Notes: generated from the letters alone by a model not told the origin. Numbered from the stretch's first letter, positions 28,459 through 39,015 are shown. The stretch: DNA of 64,000 nucleotides from Promethearchaeota archaeon (GCA_016839765.1 JAEOTP010000043.1:4345-68344); one strand, 5' to 3'. Translations and numbers: made by a program.

Positions 28459-29514
28459 ATGATTGATAAAATAGTTGTGTTTGGAGGCAAAGGCGGTGTT
28501 GGAAAAAGCTCAATTAGTGCTGCAACAGCCGTAAAGCTTTCGGAATTAGTTCCCACTAAAAAAATTCTATTAATTTCATTTGATATTGCACATAATTTAA
28601 CTGACATTTTTGGAATCACTATAAACAGTAAAATAACTCCTATTACGGATAACTTATGGGCAATTGAACCTGATCCAAATCTTTATGCTGAAAAATATAC
28701 AAAAGATTTAGTGGAAAAAATGAAAACTCTTATAAAACAAATGCCTATCATTGGAAATTTACCTCAAATCGAGAAGTTTATTAATACGACATTCACAGCA
28801 GATTCTATCCCATTGGCTTTAAAAAATGCGATGTTTTTCCAAAAATTACTAGATGCAGAAGATCTTGATACTCAAGAAATTCAATTTGATATCATCGTAG
28901 CAGATTTTCCTCCCACAGGAAATATGGTGGCTCTTTTCGAAATTCCCGAAGATCAAGTTAAAGTTGTTTTGAAATATTCTTTAAATTTTTATAATTCAAT
29001 TAGAGGGGCAATTAGAAATTTCTCTAAAATGTTTAGACAGCTAATTAAACCTTTTGATGATGGAAGCTATGAAAAAAGAAGAGAATTAGGAAATGAAATT
29101 TTTAACATGGTAGTAGAACTTGAAAAACGTGGAGAAAGAATAAGCGAATTAATTCATAGTGTAGGATCCTTACGATTGGTCACTATCGCTGAAAGACCTA
29201 GTTTTGAAGAAATAAAAAGAGCACGAGATTTAACTAAAAGATATATTTCCCTTCATGCTGTTCATATAAACATGTTAACTCCCGAAGTAAAAAAATGCGA
29301 ATACTGTAAAAAGATGAGATCTAACCAATTAAAATTTACATCAGAAATTAAAAACGAGTTTAAAAAATTAAGAATTTGGGAATCAGATCGCCTTATTGAT
29401 GAACCAATTGGATTAGACGGGATAAAAAAACTCGCCACGGAAGTGTATGGAAATGTTACTGCAAATGAAATTTTGAATCCTCTAGTTAAGATGAAAAAAA
29501 TGAATAAAATTTAG
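28459..29514 (+). CDS. ArsA/GET3-family ATPase
   Basis: GGKGGVGKSS deviant Walker A, SFDIAHNL, DFPPTG, C-terminal CEYC, EPIGLDGI. Confidence 0.85.
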   Translation: MIDKIVVFGGKGGVGKSSISAATAVKLSELVPTKKILLISFDIAHNLTDIFGITINSKITPITDNLWAIEPDPNLYAEKYTKDLVEKMKTLIKQMPIIGNLPQIEKFINTTFTADSIPLALKNAMFFQKLLDAEDLDTQEIQFDIIVADFPPTGNMVALFEIPEDQVKVVLKYSLNFYNSIRGAIRNFSKMFRQLIKPFDDGSYEKRRELGNEIFNMVVELEKRGERISELIHSVGSLRLVTIAERPSFEEIKRARDLTKRYISLHAVHINMLTPEVKKCEYCKKMRSNQLKFTSEIKNEFKKLRIWESDRLIDEPIGLDGIKKLATEVYGNVTANEILNPLVKMKKMNKI

Positions 29515-30779
29515 GTCCCTTCAAGGTATCCATGGATATAATTGTATTGTTCCCCAGTCAGTTCATCAATTTCAATGCCCATTGATTGTAATTTTAAATA
29601 TCCTACTTTATTATCTATTTCTGTTGGAATCTCGATTATACCAGGTTTGAAGGACCCTTTATTTTTAACAATATACTCAGATATTAATGATTGTAAAGCA
29701 AAAGACATGTCCATTACTTCACTTGGATGACCTTCAGATAATACTAAATTAGCTAATCTTCCTTTAGCAAGTAAATAAATCTTTTTACCACCTGGCAGAG
29801 TCAATTCTTCTACATGTTTTCGTATTGGTTTTACTTCTTTAGCATAGTCATATAATTGTTTAGTTGGAATTTCAATATCAAAATGACCTAAATTCCCAAG
29901 AATGACACCATCCTTGAATGTGTCAAATATTTCAGGTTTAGGTGGAATAACATGCTTACATCCTGTAGCTGTTAGAATTACATCTGCCTCTGGAAGAGTT
30001 TTAAGAATAGGTTTTACATCAAATCCTGCAAATTTGGCTTGTAAGGCTTTTATTGGATCCACCTCTGTTACAGTCACATTTGCACCTAAACCTTTTGCTC
30101 GTAATGCCATCCCTGAAGAACAATGACCATATCCTGCAATAACAACATCCTTTCCAGCAAATAGTATATGCATTCCATATATTGCTGAAATGACCCCTTG
30201 TCCTGTGCCTAGCTCATTATCAAATTGATTTTTGCATCGCGCATCATTGACTGGAAATAATGGTACTTTTAATACACCCTGTTTATCCATAGCTCTGAAG
30301 CGTTTTACTCCGGTTGTAGTTTCCTCTTGACATCCAATTATAATACCTTCTTCAATTAATTCAGGAAATTCTTTATGTGCCGTTACAATCATATCTGCTC
30401 CATCATCTATCAAAATATTTGGTTTTGCTTTCAAGCATTGTCGTATACACCAGTAAAACTCTTCATCAGTATTTCCATGCCAAGCAAATACATTAACTCC
30501 CTCTTCAACTAAAGCTGCAGCTACATCGTCTTGGGTTGATAATGGATTGCTGCCACATAAATAAACCTCTGCTCCTCCTGCTTTAAGTGTACGTGCGAGA
30601 TTTCCAGTTTCTTTAGTAATGTGTAGGCATCCCGCGATGACCACACCCTTCAATGGTTTTTCTTTTGTAAATCTTTCACGAATAATTTTAACCGTTACTG
30701 GCATTTTTCTTTCTGCGATATATAATGCTTCTTTTCCCTTTTCAGCTAATGATTCATCAGCAACTTTATAATTTACCAT
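29511..30779 (-). CDS. ahcY: S-adenosylhomocysteine hydrolase
   Basis: CLHITKET, SNPLSTQDDVAAAL, DDGAD, EETTTG, VNDA..K..FDN, GHFD.EI, GRLANL, GHPSEVMDMSF. Confidence 0.96.
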   Translation of the reverse strand: MVNYKVADESLAEKGKEALYIAERKMPVTVKIIRERFTKEKPLKGVVIAGCLHITKETGNLARTLKAGGAEVYLCGSNPLSTQDDVAAALVEEGVNVFAWHGNTDEEFYWCIRQCLKAKPNILIDDGADMIVTAHKEFPELIEEGIIIGCQEETTTGVKRFRAMDKQGVLKVPLFPVNDARCKNQFDNELGTGQGVISAIYGMHILFAGKDVVIAGYGHCSSGMALRAKGLGANVTVTEVDPIKALQAKFAGFDVKPILKTLPEADVILTATGCKHVIPPKPEIFDTFKDGVILGNLGHFDIEIPTKQLYDYAKEVKPIRKHVEELTLPGGKKIYLLAKGRLANLVLSEGHPSEVMDMSFALQSLISEYIVKNKGSFKPGIIEIPTEIDNKVGYLKLQSMGIEIDELTGEQYNYIHGYLEGT

Positions 30780-30850
30780 TTAAAGTTCACTTTCAAAGTT
30801 TTACTTTTAATAATTTTAATTAACTAATAAAGATATTTTTGGTTAAATGC

Positions 30851-30866
30851 AAATATTTATATATTT
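30851..30866. promoter_or_regulatory. Palindromic TATA-like element in the divergent ahcY/regulator promoter
   Basis: AAATAT-TTAT-ATATTT in the 120-nt gap between divergent genes. Confidence 0.4.
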
Positions 30867-30899
30867 AATTTGACAATTAATTAATAATATACAAGAAAA

Positions 30900-32150
30900 A
30901 TGCAAAATTGTAATATTATGAGTAGTAGTAAAGATCGAGTGGAAGCCCAACACTTTATAAAGAATTTAAGTGGAAAAACCAAATTTGTTATATCAAAAAA
31001 TTCACGTGCGATAGGACTCTCTAGACAAACATATCAAAACAAACTTGATAATTTGAGATACCAAAAAATAATTACCAATTTTACAATTAATATTAATCCA
31101 AATATTCGCCCAAATAATTTGAAATATGTAATGATTGAAATAAAAACTAACCCTAAAGAACCTGAATTAGTCGAAGAACTCTTAAAAATTCCGCAATTAA
31201 GAATGTTAGATGGAATATTTGGAGATTTTTCTCTGTTTGCATTATTTATTTTTAAATCTCCCGAGGAATATTATCAGATATTGAATAACATTGATAAAAC
31301 TATGTCAAAATCATATTTTAAGAAATATCAGATAATCGAAACTATTAAGGTGTTTAAAACAAATGGAATTAGCTTGAGAGACTCAAAAATCTCATTTACT
31401 CTTGGAAAAAAAATCAATTTAAAAGAAATTGCTAAAAATTCTGCGAATATCGAATATAACCCACAGAAATTTCCGGGCGTTGTTATGAAGATAGAAGATC
31501 CAAATGCTACAATTTTGATTTTCTCAACTGGTAAAATAGTAGTAACTGAATTTAGAAAAGAAATAGGAGCTAAACAATTAATAGATAAAGTTGCCCAAGA
31601 GATAAGAAAAACAGGAATTCAACTAGAGAAGAAGATTAGTCAAAATTTTTATATTGATGAGATAGATTACCTTATTTTAAAAATATTACAAGATGACCAA
31701 GGATTAAGACCAATTTCTACATATGAAATCAAAGATTTGCTAAATGAAAAGTATAGAATGACTTTAAAGTCTCTGAACAAAGACGATATTTCACAATCAA
31801 CTATTCATAACAGAATTAAAAAACTCGAACAACAAGGTGCTATCTTAAATTATACAGTGAATTTTTGTCCAAAAAAAATAGGCTTTAAAGGCAAATATCT
31901 CCTTCGTATTAAACCAAAAGATCCATCAAAATATAATGAACTTGCTCTTAAACTGGATATGCACAAAAATATTACTGATTTATTTCGAATAGGCGAACAA
32001 TATGGATTATTTGCGATTGTTAGAGTGGAAAAAATTGAAGATTTTGCCTCTTTTATCAAGGATCTATATAGTTCAGAAGAAATTGAAGATACATACACAA
32101 GCTTTGTTTTAGATGAGTTGAAACCTTATACTAATTTTATCCTTTTTTGA
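30900..32150 (+). CDS. Tandem Lrp/AsnC transcriptional regulator with an inserted single TBP-like repeat
   Basis: Two HTH+RAM units (GLSRQTYQNKLDNLRYQKII; IDEIDYLILKIL...ISQSTIHNRIKKLEQQGAI) separated by INLKEIA...EYNPQKFPGVVMKIEDPNATILIFSTGKIVVT. Confidence 0.85.
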   Translation: MQNCNIMSSSKDRVEAQHFIKNLSGKTKFVISKNSRAIGLSRQTYQNKLDNLRYQKIITNFTININPNIRPNNLKYVMIEIKTNPKEPELVEELLKIPQLRMLDGIFGDFSLFALFIFKSPEEYYQILNNIDKTMSKSYFKKYQIIETIKVFKTNGISLRDSKISFTLGKKINLKEIAKNSANIEYNPQKFPGVVMKIEDPNATILIFSTGKIVVTEFRKEIGAKQLIDKVAQEIRKTGIQLEKKISQNFYIDEIDYLILKILQDDQGLRPISTYEIKDLLNEKYRMTLKSLNKDDISQSTIHNRIKKLEQQGAILNYTVNFCPKKIGFKGKYLLRIKPKDPSKYNELALKLDMHKNITDLFRIGEQYGLFAIVRVEKIEDFASFIKDLYSSEEIEDTYTSFVLDELKPYTNFILF

Positions 32151-32238
32151 AATTCAAATGATTTTAAATTAGTTTTCCAGAGAGTTTTTAAAAAATTTAA
32201 AGAATATTAATTTATTTACTTTAGAATCATTTTTTTAT

Positions 32239-34329
32239 TTGTATATTATGAATTATTTTTATGAAATCTTAAATAAACGGATAGGTTATTCTAGAGTCGG
32301 GAGAATCAAATTATCGAAGGAACCTAAGAAATATGTAAAGACTCCTAACGTTATTCTCCCTATGCGAAATTTTCTATTGAAAAATGTTAACTTCTTAGAA
32401 GAGTTTGAAGACCATGAAATTTTTTTAATATCAAAAGAAGTTTTCCTAAAAATAGGTTTTTTGCGCGATAAGTTTAGAAATACAGCTTTTATTTTCACCC
32501 ATACAGGTACACTACAAACATTTATAGAAATTTTAGAGAATAATATTGACATCTTCTCGGAAGATAATATTATTCTTCTAATCCCTTTCAATATCCCAAC
32601 GACAATTCTTGATGAAAATTTTGCTAAAAATGAAATCTTATATCATCTTAATTCAGTAAAAAAACTCTTAGAAAATTTTCCAAATCTTAATTTTGGGTTA
32701 AGTATTAAAATATTTGAACATCCACAATTCCTTGATCTATATAGTCCATTAATAAAAGAAAATAAAAATATTAAAATATTAAATTTAATTGACTTTTTCA
32801 CTGCTAATACTAATTTTAGAAATGTCTTGGATTTAATTATTAGCATTAAACAAAACTTTGATAATAATTTAGTTTTAATGGCTTCAGGACGGATTATCCC
32901 AAAGTATTTTCCAATTTTAATTTACTTAGGTATCGATCTTATTGATAGCTCATATTTACTTTATTTAACTTCAGAGAATTTCTATGATACAATAGAATTT
33001 TTACTTCCAATTTATAAAGTAAAGTATTTTCCTTGTTCATGTGTAGCTTGTCAAACAAAATTAAAGAACTTCCAAAGTATGAAATATTCAGATGAAATAT
33101 TTGAATATTTGTGTCTACATAATCTAATAACAGCAAAAACTTATATGAATAAAATAAAACAATATTTAAGGACAGAGGATTTCCGAGCATTTGTAGAAAA
33201 GACCTCATTTGATGATGTTCTAATCGTTTCAATATTAAAAGTATTAGATAGACAATATTTTGATTTAATAAAGTATGAGACTCCGATAACAGATTCTTTC
33301 TCGACAGTTAAATGCTTTGGTCCATCTTCTTACTATAGGCCAGACTTTCATCAATTTAGGGAGAGGTTAATAAAATATTTTTTACCTGAACCGTGGACAA
33401 AATTGATTATAATTTTTCCTTGCTCTGCAAGAAAGCCATATTCAGCATCAAAATCTCATAAGAAATTTCACAGTGTTTTAAGGAAATTTCCGGATTTCCC
33501 GGATTTTCAAGAAATTATTCTTACTTCCCCTCTTGGAGCTATACCACGACAGTTAGAAAATGTCTATCCTGTAAATTCATATGATATATCTGTAACTGGA
33601 TTTTGGGATAATGAGGAGATTGATTTAGCTTCTCAAATGTTGGTTGAACTACTTAAGAAGTATAATACAAAAATCCCTATTATATGTCATGTAAGTGATA
33701 AAGGATACAAGGAAATTGTTTTAAGAGCACAAAAACAACTGTCTAACCAATTTTATTTTACAGAGGTCTACAAAAATCTTACAACTTCTGATTCATTGAA
33801 GTCGCTGGAGAACATCGTAAATAATTTAAAAGATATTTTTATTTTAAAGGAAAATATACCAAAGTCGAAGTATTATTCAAAATCGTGGGTTCGAAAATTA
33901 GTTAAAATTGCTGATTATCAGTTTGGTTCTAATATTGGTATGAAAATCTTTTCAAAAGGAATAAGAGTCAAGAAAAATAATGTGAGTAAAAATTTAGATA
34001 TTATTGATATTGAAAACAAAAAATTATTAGGAAAATTTTTGGTTAAGACGGGTCAAATTGAATTAACATTAATTGGAGCAGAAATTTTATCAGCCATTGA
34101 CAAAGAATTTAATATTTTGGTCTTTGATGGAGATTTAATAAAGGGAAATACTCTTTTTAGACCAGGAATTGTTGAATTTAGTCAGAATCTTATCCCAAAT
34201 AATTATGTTATTATTTTGGATAAAAGTAAAAAAAGTGTGATTGGACTTGCCAAATTAATTGTTGGTTCAAATTATATAAAAAACTCAAGTAATGGAAGGA
34301 TTGCTAAAGTTTATGAAAAAATCAGTTAA
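32239..34329 (+). CDS. arcS: Archaeosine synthase alpha subunit ArcS (TGT paralog with PUA domain)
   Basis: SRVGRI...KTP N-terminus, CSCVAC...HNL Zn site, PCSARKPYSASKSH, TSPLGAIPRQLE.VYP..SYDISVTGFW, C-terminal PUA. Confidence 0.88.
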   Translation: MYIMNYFYEILNKRIGYSRVGRIKLSKEPKKYVKTPNVILPMRNFLLKNVNFLEEFEDHEIFLISKEVFLKIGFLRDKFRNTAFIFTHTGTLQTFIEILENNIDIFSEDNIILLIPFNIPTTILDENFAKNEILYHLNSVKKLLENFPNLNFGLSIKIFEHPQFLDLYSPLIKENKNIKILNLIDFFTANTNFRNVLDLIISIKQNFDNNLVLMASGRIIPKYFPILIYLGIDLIDSSYLLYLTSENFYDTIEFLLPIYKVKYFPCSCVACQTKLKNFQSMKYSDEIFEYLCLHNLITAKTYMNKIKQYLRTEDFRAFVEKTSFDDVLIVSILKVLDRQYFDLIKYETPITDSFSTVKCFGPSSYYRPDFHQFRERLIKYFLPEPWTKLIIIFPCSARKPYSASKSHKKFHSVLRKFPDFPDFQEIILTSPLGAIPRQLENVYPVNSYDISVTGFWDNEEIDLASQMLVELLKKYNTKIPIICHVSDKGYKEIVLRAQKQLSNQFYFTEVYKNLTTSDSLKSLENIVNNLKDIFILKENIPKSKYYSKSWVRKLVKIADYQFGSNIGMKIFSKGIRVKKNNVSKNLDIIDIENKKLLGKFLVKTGQIELTLIGAEILSAIDKEFNILVFDGDLIKGNTLFRPGIVEFSQNLIPNNYVIILDKSKKSVIGLAKLIVGSNYIKNSSNGRIAKVYEKIS

Positions 34330-35410
34330 GTCTAGTTCAATTGTCGAAAATATTAAAGAAATTAGAGACAAAACAATTTTAAAGAGGAAAAATTTTACAA
34401 GCGATCAATTAAATAAACCAGTTAGTTTTTGGATAAAGGATGATCGCCTTTTAAATGAAAAAGGAAAGGAATTTACTATTATCTTAAGAACTAAAGGGTG
34501 CAGCTGGGCATTAAGCGATAGTGGGGGATGTTCAATGTGTGGATATATAAATGATTCCAGTATTGAAAGTATAGACGATAAACATATTATCAATCAAGTA
34601 AATCATGCTTTTCAATCAAAATTGGAAGAAATTAGAATTGAAAGAAAGAATTTTATATTTAAGATTTTTAATTCTGGGAGTTTTTTCGATGAGAGTGAAA
34701 TCTCTGAAGAAGTAAGGAACCATATTTATCAGAAAGTATATGAGAGTGATAGGATACAAGAATTTGTTATTGAATCTCGCTTAGAATATATTTCAAAAAT
34801 GAAATTAATAGATTTAAAAAACCAACTAAATGATAAATATATTGAATTAGCGATTGGCCTTGAAACGGTTAATGATTATATTAGAAACACTTATATAAAT
34901 AAATCAATGTCTTATGATGATTTTATAAAAGTTTTTCGCATTTGCAAAGAAATTGGAATCGGAGTGAGGGTATATTTACTATTTAAACCCCCCTTTTTAA
35001 ATGAACAAGGTGCTATAGACGATTGCGTCAGATCTATTATAAATCTAATTAATTTAGGAGTAGAAACGGTATCAATAAATCCTATAAATATTCAAAAAGG
35101 TACATTATTAGAATATTTATGGTATCAAAATCGTTATAGACCTCCATGGTTTTATTCTCTTTTTAAAAGTTTACGCAAAATCCATGAATTAAAAAAAGAT
35201 TCAACATTTCCTCGTCTAATTTCAGATCCATCTGGAGCTGGAACGAAACGAGGGATTCACAATTGCCTAAAAAGAGAATGTAATCAAAAAATGATAAGCA
35301 TTCTTCGAAATTTTGTATTATCACAAGATTTTAACTATTTAAATAAAAAAGATGCATATTATGATTGTGATTGTTTGACAAGATACCGTCTTCAAAAGAA
35401 TTTCCATTAA
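34292..35410 (+). CDS. raSEA: Archaeosine biosynthesis radical SAM protein RaSEA
   Basis: ILRTKGCSW...GGCSMCGY, KIFNSGSFFD, ESR, AIGLET, YRPPW, RGIHNC; directly after arcS; probable ATG at 34313. Confidence 0.88.
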   Translation: MEGLLKFMKKSVKSSSIVENIKEIRDKTILKRKNFTSDQLNKPVSFWIKDDRLLNEKGKEFTIILRTKGCSWALSDSGGCSMCGYINDSSIESIDDKHIINQVNHAFQSKLEEIRIERKNFIFKIFNSGSFFDESEISEEVRNHIYQKVYESDRIQEFVIESRLEYISKMKLIDLKNQLNDKYIELAIGLETVNDYIRNTYINKSMSYDDFIKVFRICKEIGIGVRVYLLFKPPFLNEQGAIDDCVRSIINLINLGVETVSINPINIQKGTLLEYLWYQNRYRPPWFYSLFKSLRKIHELKKDSTFPRLISDPSGAGTKRGIHNCLKRECNQKMISILRNFVLSQDFNYLNKKDAYYDCDCLTRYRLQKNFH

Positions 35411-35642
35411 ATATTAGTAATAGTTTATCCAAAGATCGGGATAAATTATTAATTTTCGAAAAACAAACAATTTTATAGTTTTCCTTAAAAAAAAAATTTA
35501 TTTTCATTTTCAATAATTTTTTCAAGAGAAATTAATGAAAATATTCATACCATTTTTGTAAAAATTCACCCCAAAAAGGTTATATTTAAATATTGCCTTT
35601 CAATTTTCTACTCTATATTTTATTAGTTAAGTAGGGTTATTC

Positions 35643-35891
35643 TTGAAAAACTGGATTAAGCTAAACCTATTCTATCTCGGAAAATCTAAGAAGCATTATA
35701 TTTTCAGAGCTAAAAGATGGAATAAAAATTTTGAGACTATATCACATAAATCAGTTTTCAATGAGAATTATGAAGAGGTTGGTAACATCAAAGAAATATT
35801 TGGTCCTATCAATATGCCATTTGTCTCTATAAAATCTTTACCAGATATGCAGTTTGGTTTAGAAAATAAGTTTTATATTAAAAATCGTTAG
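35643..35891 (+). CDS. gar1: H/ACA RNP component Gar1/Naf1
   Basis: VGNIKEIFGPINMPFVSIK; conserved position before tfb. Confidence 0.8.
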   Translation: MKNWIKLNLFYLGKSKKHYIFRAKRWNKNFETISHKSVFNENYEEVGNIKEIFGPINMPFVSIKSLPDMQFGLENKFYIKNR

Positions 35892-35939
35892 CAAACTTAT
35901 AGAATTTTTAGCAATTCACAATTTTAAAAGGTGTAAAGT

Positions 35940-36899
35940 ATTTCGAGTTGGAATTATATAGAAGTTCTACCAAAAAAAGAAATTTCTATTGAAGATGATA
36001 ATTGTACCGAATGTGGTAAAAAAATCATAAAAAATTCTGATTCACTTTTGGTTTGTGAAGAGTGTGGCTTAGTCCATTCGGGAAATCATATTGATCGTGG
36101 TCCTGAATGGAGAGCATTTGATGCTGATCAGAAGAAAAAGAGAACTCGAACTGGAGCGCCAATGACTTATATGATTCATGATAAAGGTTTAAGCACAATG
36201 ATTGATTGGAAAAACAGAGACATTTTTGGCAAGGAAATTCCCGCAAAATCAAGGGGACAAATCTATAGATTACGCAAATGGCAAAGTAGAATAAGGGTAT
36301 CCGATGCAACAGAGAGAAATCTGACTTTTGCACTAAGTGAATTAGATCGCATGGCTTCAAATTTAGATCTCCCTAAAAATCTTCGTGAGTGTTCCGCAAA
36401 AATATATAGGGATGCGGTCGATGCTCACCTCATAAGAGGACGAAGTATTGAGGGTGTAGCTGCAGCAAGTTTATATGCCGCTTGCAGAATGTATAAAATA
36501 CCTAGAACATTGAATGAAATTGCCGAAGTTGCTCGGGTGGATAAAAAGGAGATAGGAAGATCTTTCCGTTTTATATCCAATGAATTGGTCCTTAATTTGA
36601 ATCCAACTAAACCCCTCGATTTCCTTACCAGATTTATTTCTGAGCTAGAACTAACACATGATTGTCAAAAAGCAGCTAAAATAATTATTAAAATAGCAGA
36701 AACTCGTGGGTTGACGTCAGGAAGAGGACCGACAGGAGTTTGTGCAGCAGCCATTTATGCTGCAAGTATTTTGACCAAAGAAAGAAGGACACAAAGAAAA
36801 ATTGCTAAGATTAGTCAGGTAACTGAAGTTACTGTCCGTAATCGATTCACAGAGCTTATAGAGAATTTAGATTTGGGCATCTCATTAAAAAAGAAATAA
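35940..36899 (+). CDS. tfb: Transcription initiation factor IIB (TFB); true start lies upstream of the ORF-track start
   Basis: In-frame upstream extension supplies the first half of the Zn ribbon (CTECG...VCEECG); GPEWRAF, RTGAP, HDKGLST, RLRKWQ, two cyclin repeats; start ATT at 35940 is inferred. Confidence 0.93.
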   Translation: MSSWNYIEVLPKKEISIEDDNCTECGKKIIKNSDSLLVCEECGLVHSGNHIDRGPEWRAFDADQKKKRTRTGAPMTYMIHDKGLSTMIDWKNRDIFGKEIPAKSRGQIYRLRKWQSRIRVSDATERNLTFALSELDRMASNLDLPKNLRECSAKIYRDAVDAHLIRGRSIEGVAAASLYAACRMYKIPRTLNEIAEVARVDKKEIGRSFRFISNELVLNLNPTKPLDFLTRFISELELTHDCQKAAKIIIKIAETRGLTSGRGPTGVCAAAIYAASILTKERRTQRKIAKISQVTEVTVRNRFTELIENLDLGISLKKK

Positions 36900-37034
36900 A
36901 TTTCTATTTTTAATTTTCTTTTTTATTTTTCCACTTTAATAATAAAAAAAATGTTATCCTAATAATACAACATTTAAAGATTCATTTCTATCACTTCTAT
37001 CATATCAGTATGCATTATTGATAGGTCAGATTTT

Positions 37035-37385
37035 ATGAAGATGGAAAAGACAAAGTTAATAAACCAAACTGAAGTCAATTATTTTTTACATCGAGTAAAA
37101 AAACACTTTCCCAATTTTGTCGCCGGAGTTATTACAGACCGTAATGGTTTTCCAATTGGTTCAAGTATCTCAAGTAGATTATGGGTACATGAAAATACAT
37201 TAGCTTTAGGTGCAATATCAAAACATAAAGAAAAAATAATAAAAGATCCAAACCTAGTCCAATTAAAATTTGATATTGATAAGAATAAGAGATATAAACT
37301 ATTTATATTATTAGAGAAAACTAAGAGCTATAAAGATGGAATTAAACCATTAAAAGAAATTATTAGATCGCAAGAATTATTCTAA
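37035..37385 (+). CDS. Roadblock/LC7-like protein (divergent)
   Basis: FVAGVITDRNGFPIGS Roadblock-like strand-turn-strand. Confidence 0.55.
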   Translation: MKMEKTKLINQTEVNYFLHRVKKHFPNFVAGVITDRNGFPIGSSISSRLWVHENTLALGAISKHKEKIIKDPNLVQLKFDIDKNKRYKLFILLEKTKSYKDGIKPLKEIIRSQELF

Positions 37386-37548
37386 TGCATTTAAGCCATT
37401 CTTGTTTTACTTTTTAGATTTTATTCGTAGCGTAAGACAGACCATTAATATGCGAATTAAATTTTTATAGATGAAGCTATACTTAGTAAGTAAGAAAGAT
37501 TGAATTTTATGTGATTTTTAAATAAATTCTTTATAATATATTCTGAGG

Positions 37549-38028
37549 TTGAGGCTATTGAGTTATTCTCAAGATGAGGCATTATTAAAGAAAATAGTAC
37601 ATGATCTAATCAATAGCACGCCTGGATTAAAAAATGTTATTCTTATTGATGATACTGGAATAACAATAATGAGTGAGGCTAAATTTACGTTTTTAAATGA
37701 AGATGATATTTCTGTTGAGAAAATTGGGGCAATAGGAGGAGCAGTCTTTACAGCAGGAGAAGAACAAGGGCATATTTTAGGATATGGAGAGATAGACCTC
37801 CAATTTACGGAATATTACAAGGGTATGATATTCTCAGTTAAAGTTGGTAAAGGAATTCTCTGTATCGCAACAGATAAAAATGTACAAATAGGATTTGTAC
37901 GTGCAATTATGAAAAAATATGCTCCAAGAATAACAACAATTTTAAACCACTATCTTCAAGCAGATCAGGGTGAAATTAATAAAGAGTTAAAAGAATTATT
38001 TAGCTCAGATACCCTCGGTTTATTATAA
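37549..38028 (+). CDS. Roadblock/LC7 (MglB-like) domain protein
   Basis: PGLKNVILIDDTGITI...EKIGAIGGAVF..GE...LGYGEI...GILCIAT..NVQIGFV; probable TTG start at 37558 after SD GAGGTTGA. Confidence 0.8.
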   Translation: MRLLSYSQDEALLKKIVHDLINSTPGLKNVILIDDTGITIMSEAKFTFLNEDDISVEKIGAIGGAVFTAGEEQGHILGYGEIDLQFTEYYKGMIFSVKVGKGILCIATDKNVQIGFVRAIMKKYAPRITTILNHYLQADQGEINKELKELFSSDTLGLL

Positions 38029-38243
38029 TATAATTTTGTTGCTTAAAACACTAACTCTTTTTTATCACGTAATGGATAACCCATAAAATCAAAAACCATT
38101 CTCGTGTTAGGCGAATCCTTAGCTCTCTAAAAATGAAATTTCCAATTATGATCTAGAAAAAAATTTATACAATCATGTCAATACTATAATTTGCAATAAA
38201 AAGTGTTAAAAAATTAGAAAAAGAAATCTATGGTGAGAAAAAT

Positions 38244-38537
38244 TTGGGCAAAGCGCTTGGTGTTGTGGCTTTAATTTGTAGTTTATCTGGAATATTTATT
38301 TTATATCTATTTTATATTGTATGTTATGGTTATTCTTCTGGTCCGACACAACAACAAATGATTATAATCTATATAGTACCCCCGCTTCCAATCGTAGCGA
38401 TAATTTGTGGGGCAATTCAAATGTTGATAAAGGATGTGCCTGGCGACAGAAGCAAAACTGCAATAGCAGGAATAGTGATTGGAACTGGAGCAATATTATT
38501 TTATGTATATCTTCTTTTAGTAATAATAACTACATAA
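38244..38537 (+). CDS. Small membrane protein (DUF4190-like, three hydrophobic helices)
   Basis: ALGVVALIC...IVAIICG...AIAGIVIG; SD GGTGA. Confidence 0.65.
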   Translation: MGKALGVVALICSLSGIFILYLFYIVCYGYSSGPTQQQMIIIYIVPPLPIVAIICGAIQMLIKDVPGDRSKTAIAGIVIGTGAILFYVYLLLVIITT

Positions 38538-39015
38538 ACAACATCATTAAAGCGTAAAGGATCCTCACTCGTTATGTTTCTATAATTTTAATTTTGAATC
38601 CAAAAAAAAGTAAGAGTAAGCATAGAATGTCGCCTGATACACTAACTCTTTTTTATCATTTAATGGAAACACCATGAAAATCAAAAAAGCTCTCTCGTGA
38701 AAGGCAGTAATCTCTATGCCGTTTTGGGACATAATCATATCTGCAATTAGGGTTGCTGACTCGAACCTCATCGCATTGGAGTATACCTTTGCTTGGTTAA
38801 GAGCCCGTATTTTTTGCAGTTTAAATTATTGATTATTAAATTCAGGATGTTCGCATTTTTTTGCACATATAATCATCATAGTCATATATGTCCTCGATAA
38901 TGCAATTACTCCATCATTATTTTCCCAATAATATAATAAAACAATATAGCTAAAAAGTTTATATATTTTTTTTGATAAGGCTCAATATTTCATCATAAGA
39001 ACCAAGAATTTGTTG

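Noticed and set aside
31392-31625. Calling this locus the organism's tbp gene
   Set aside because: Only one TBP repeat is present and it is embedded in frame in an Lrp/AsnC protein.
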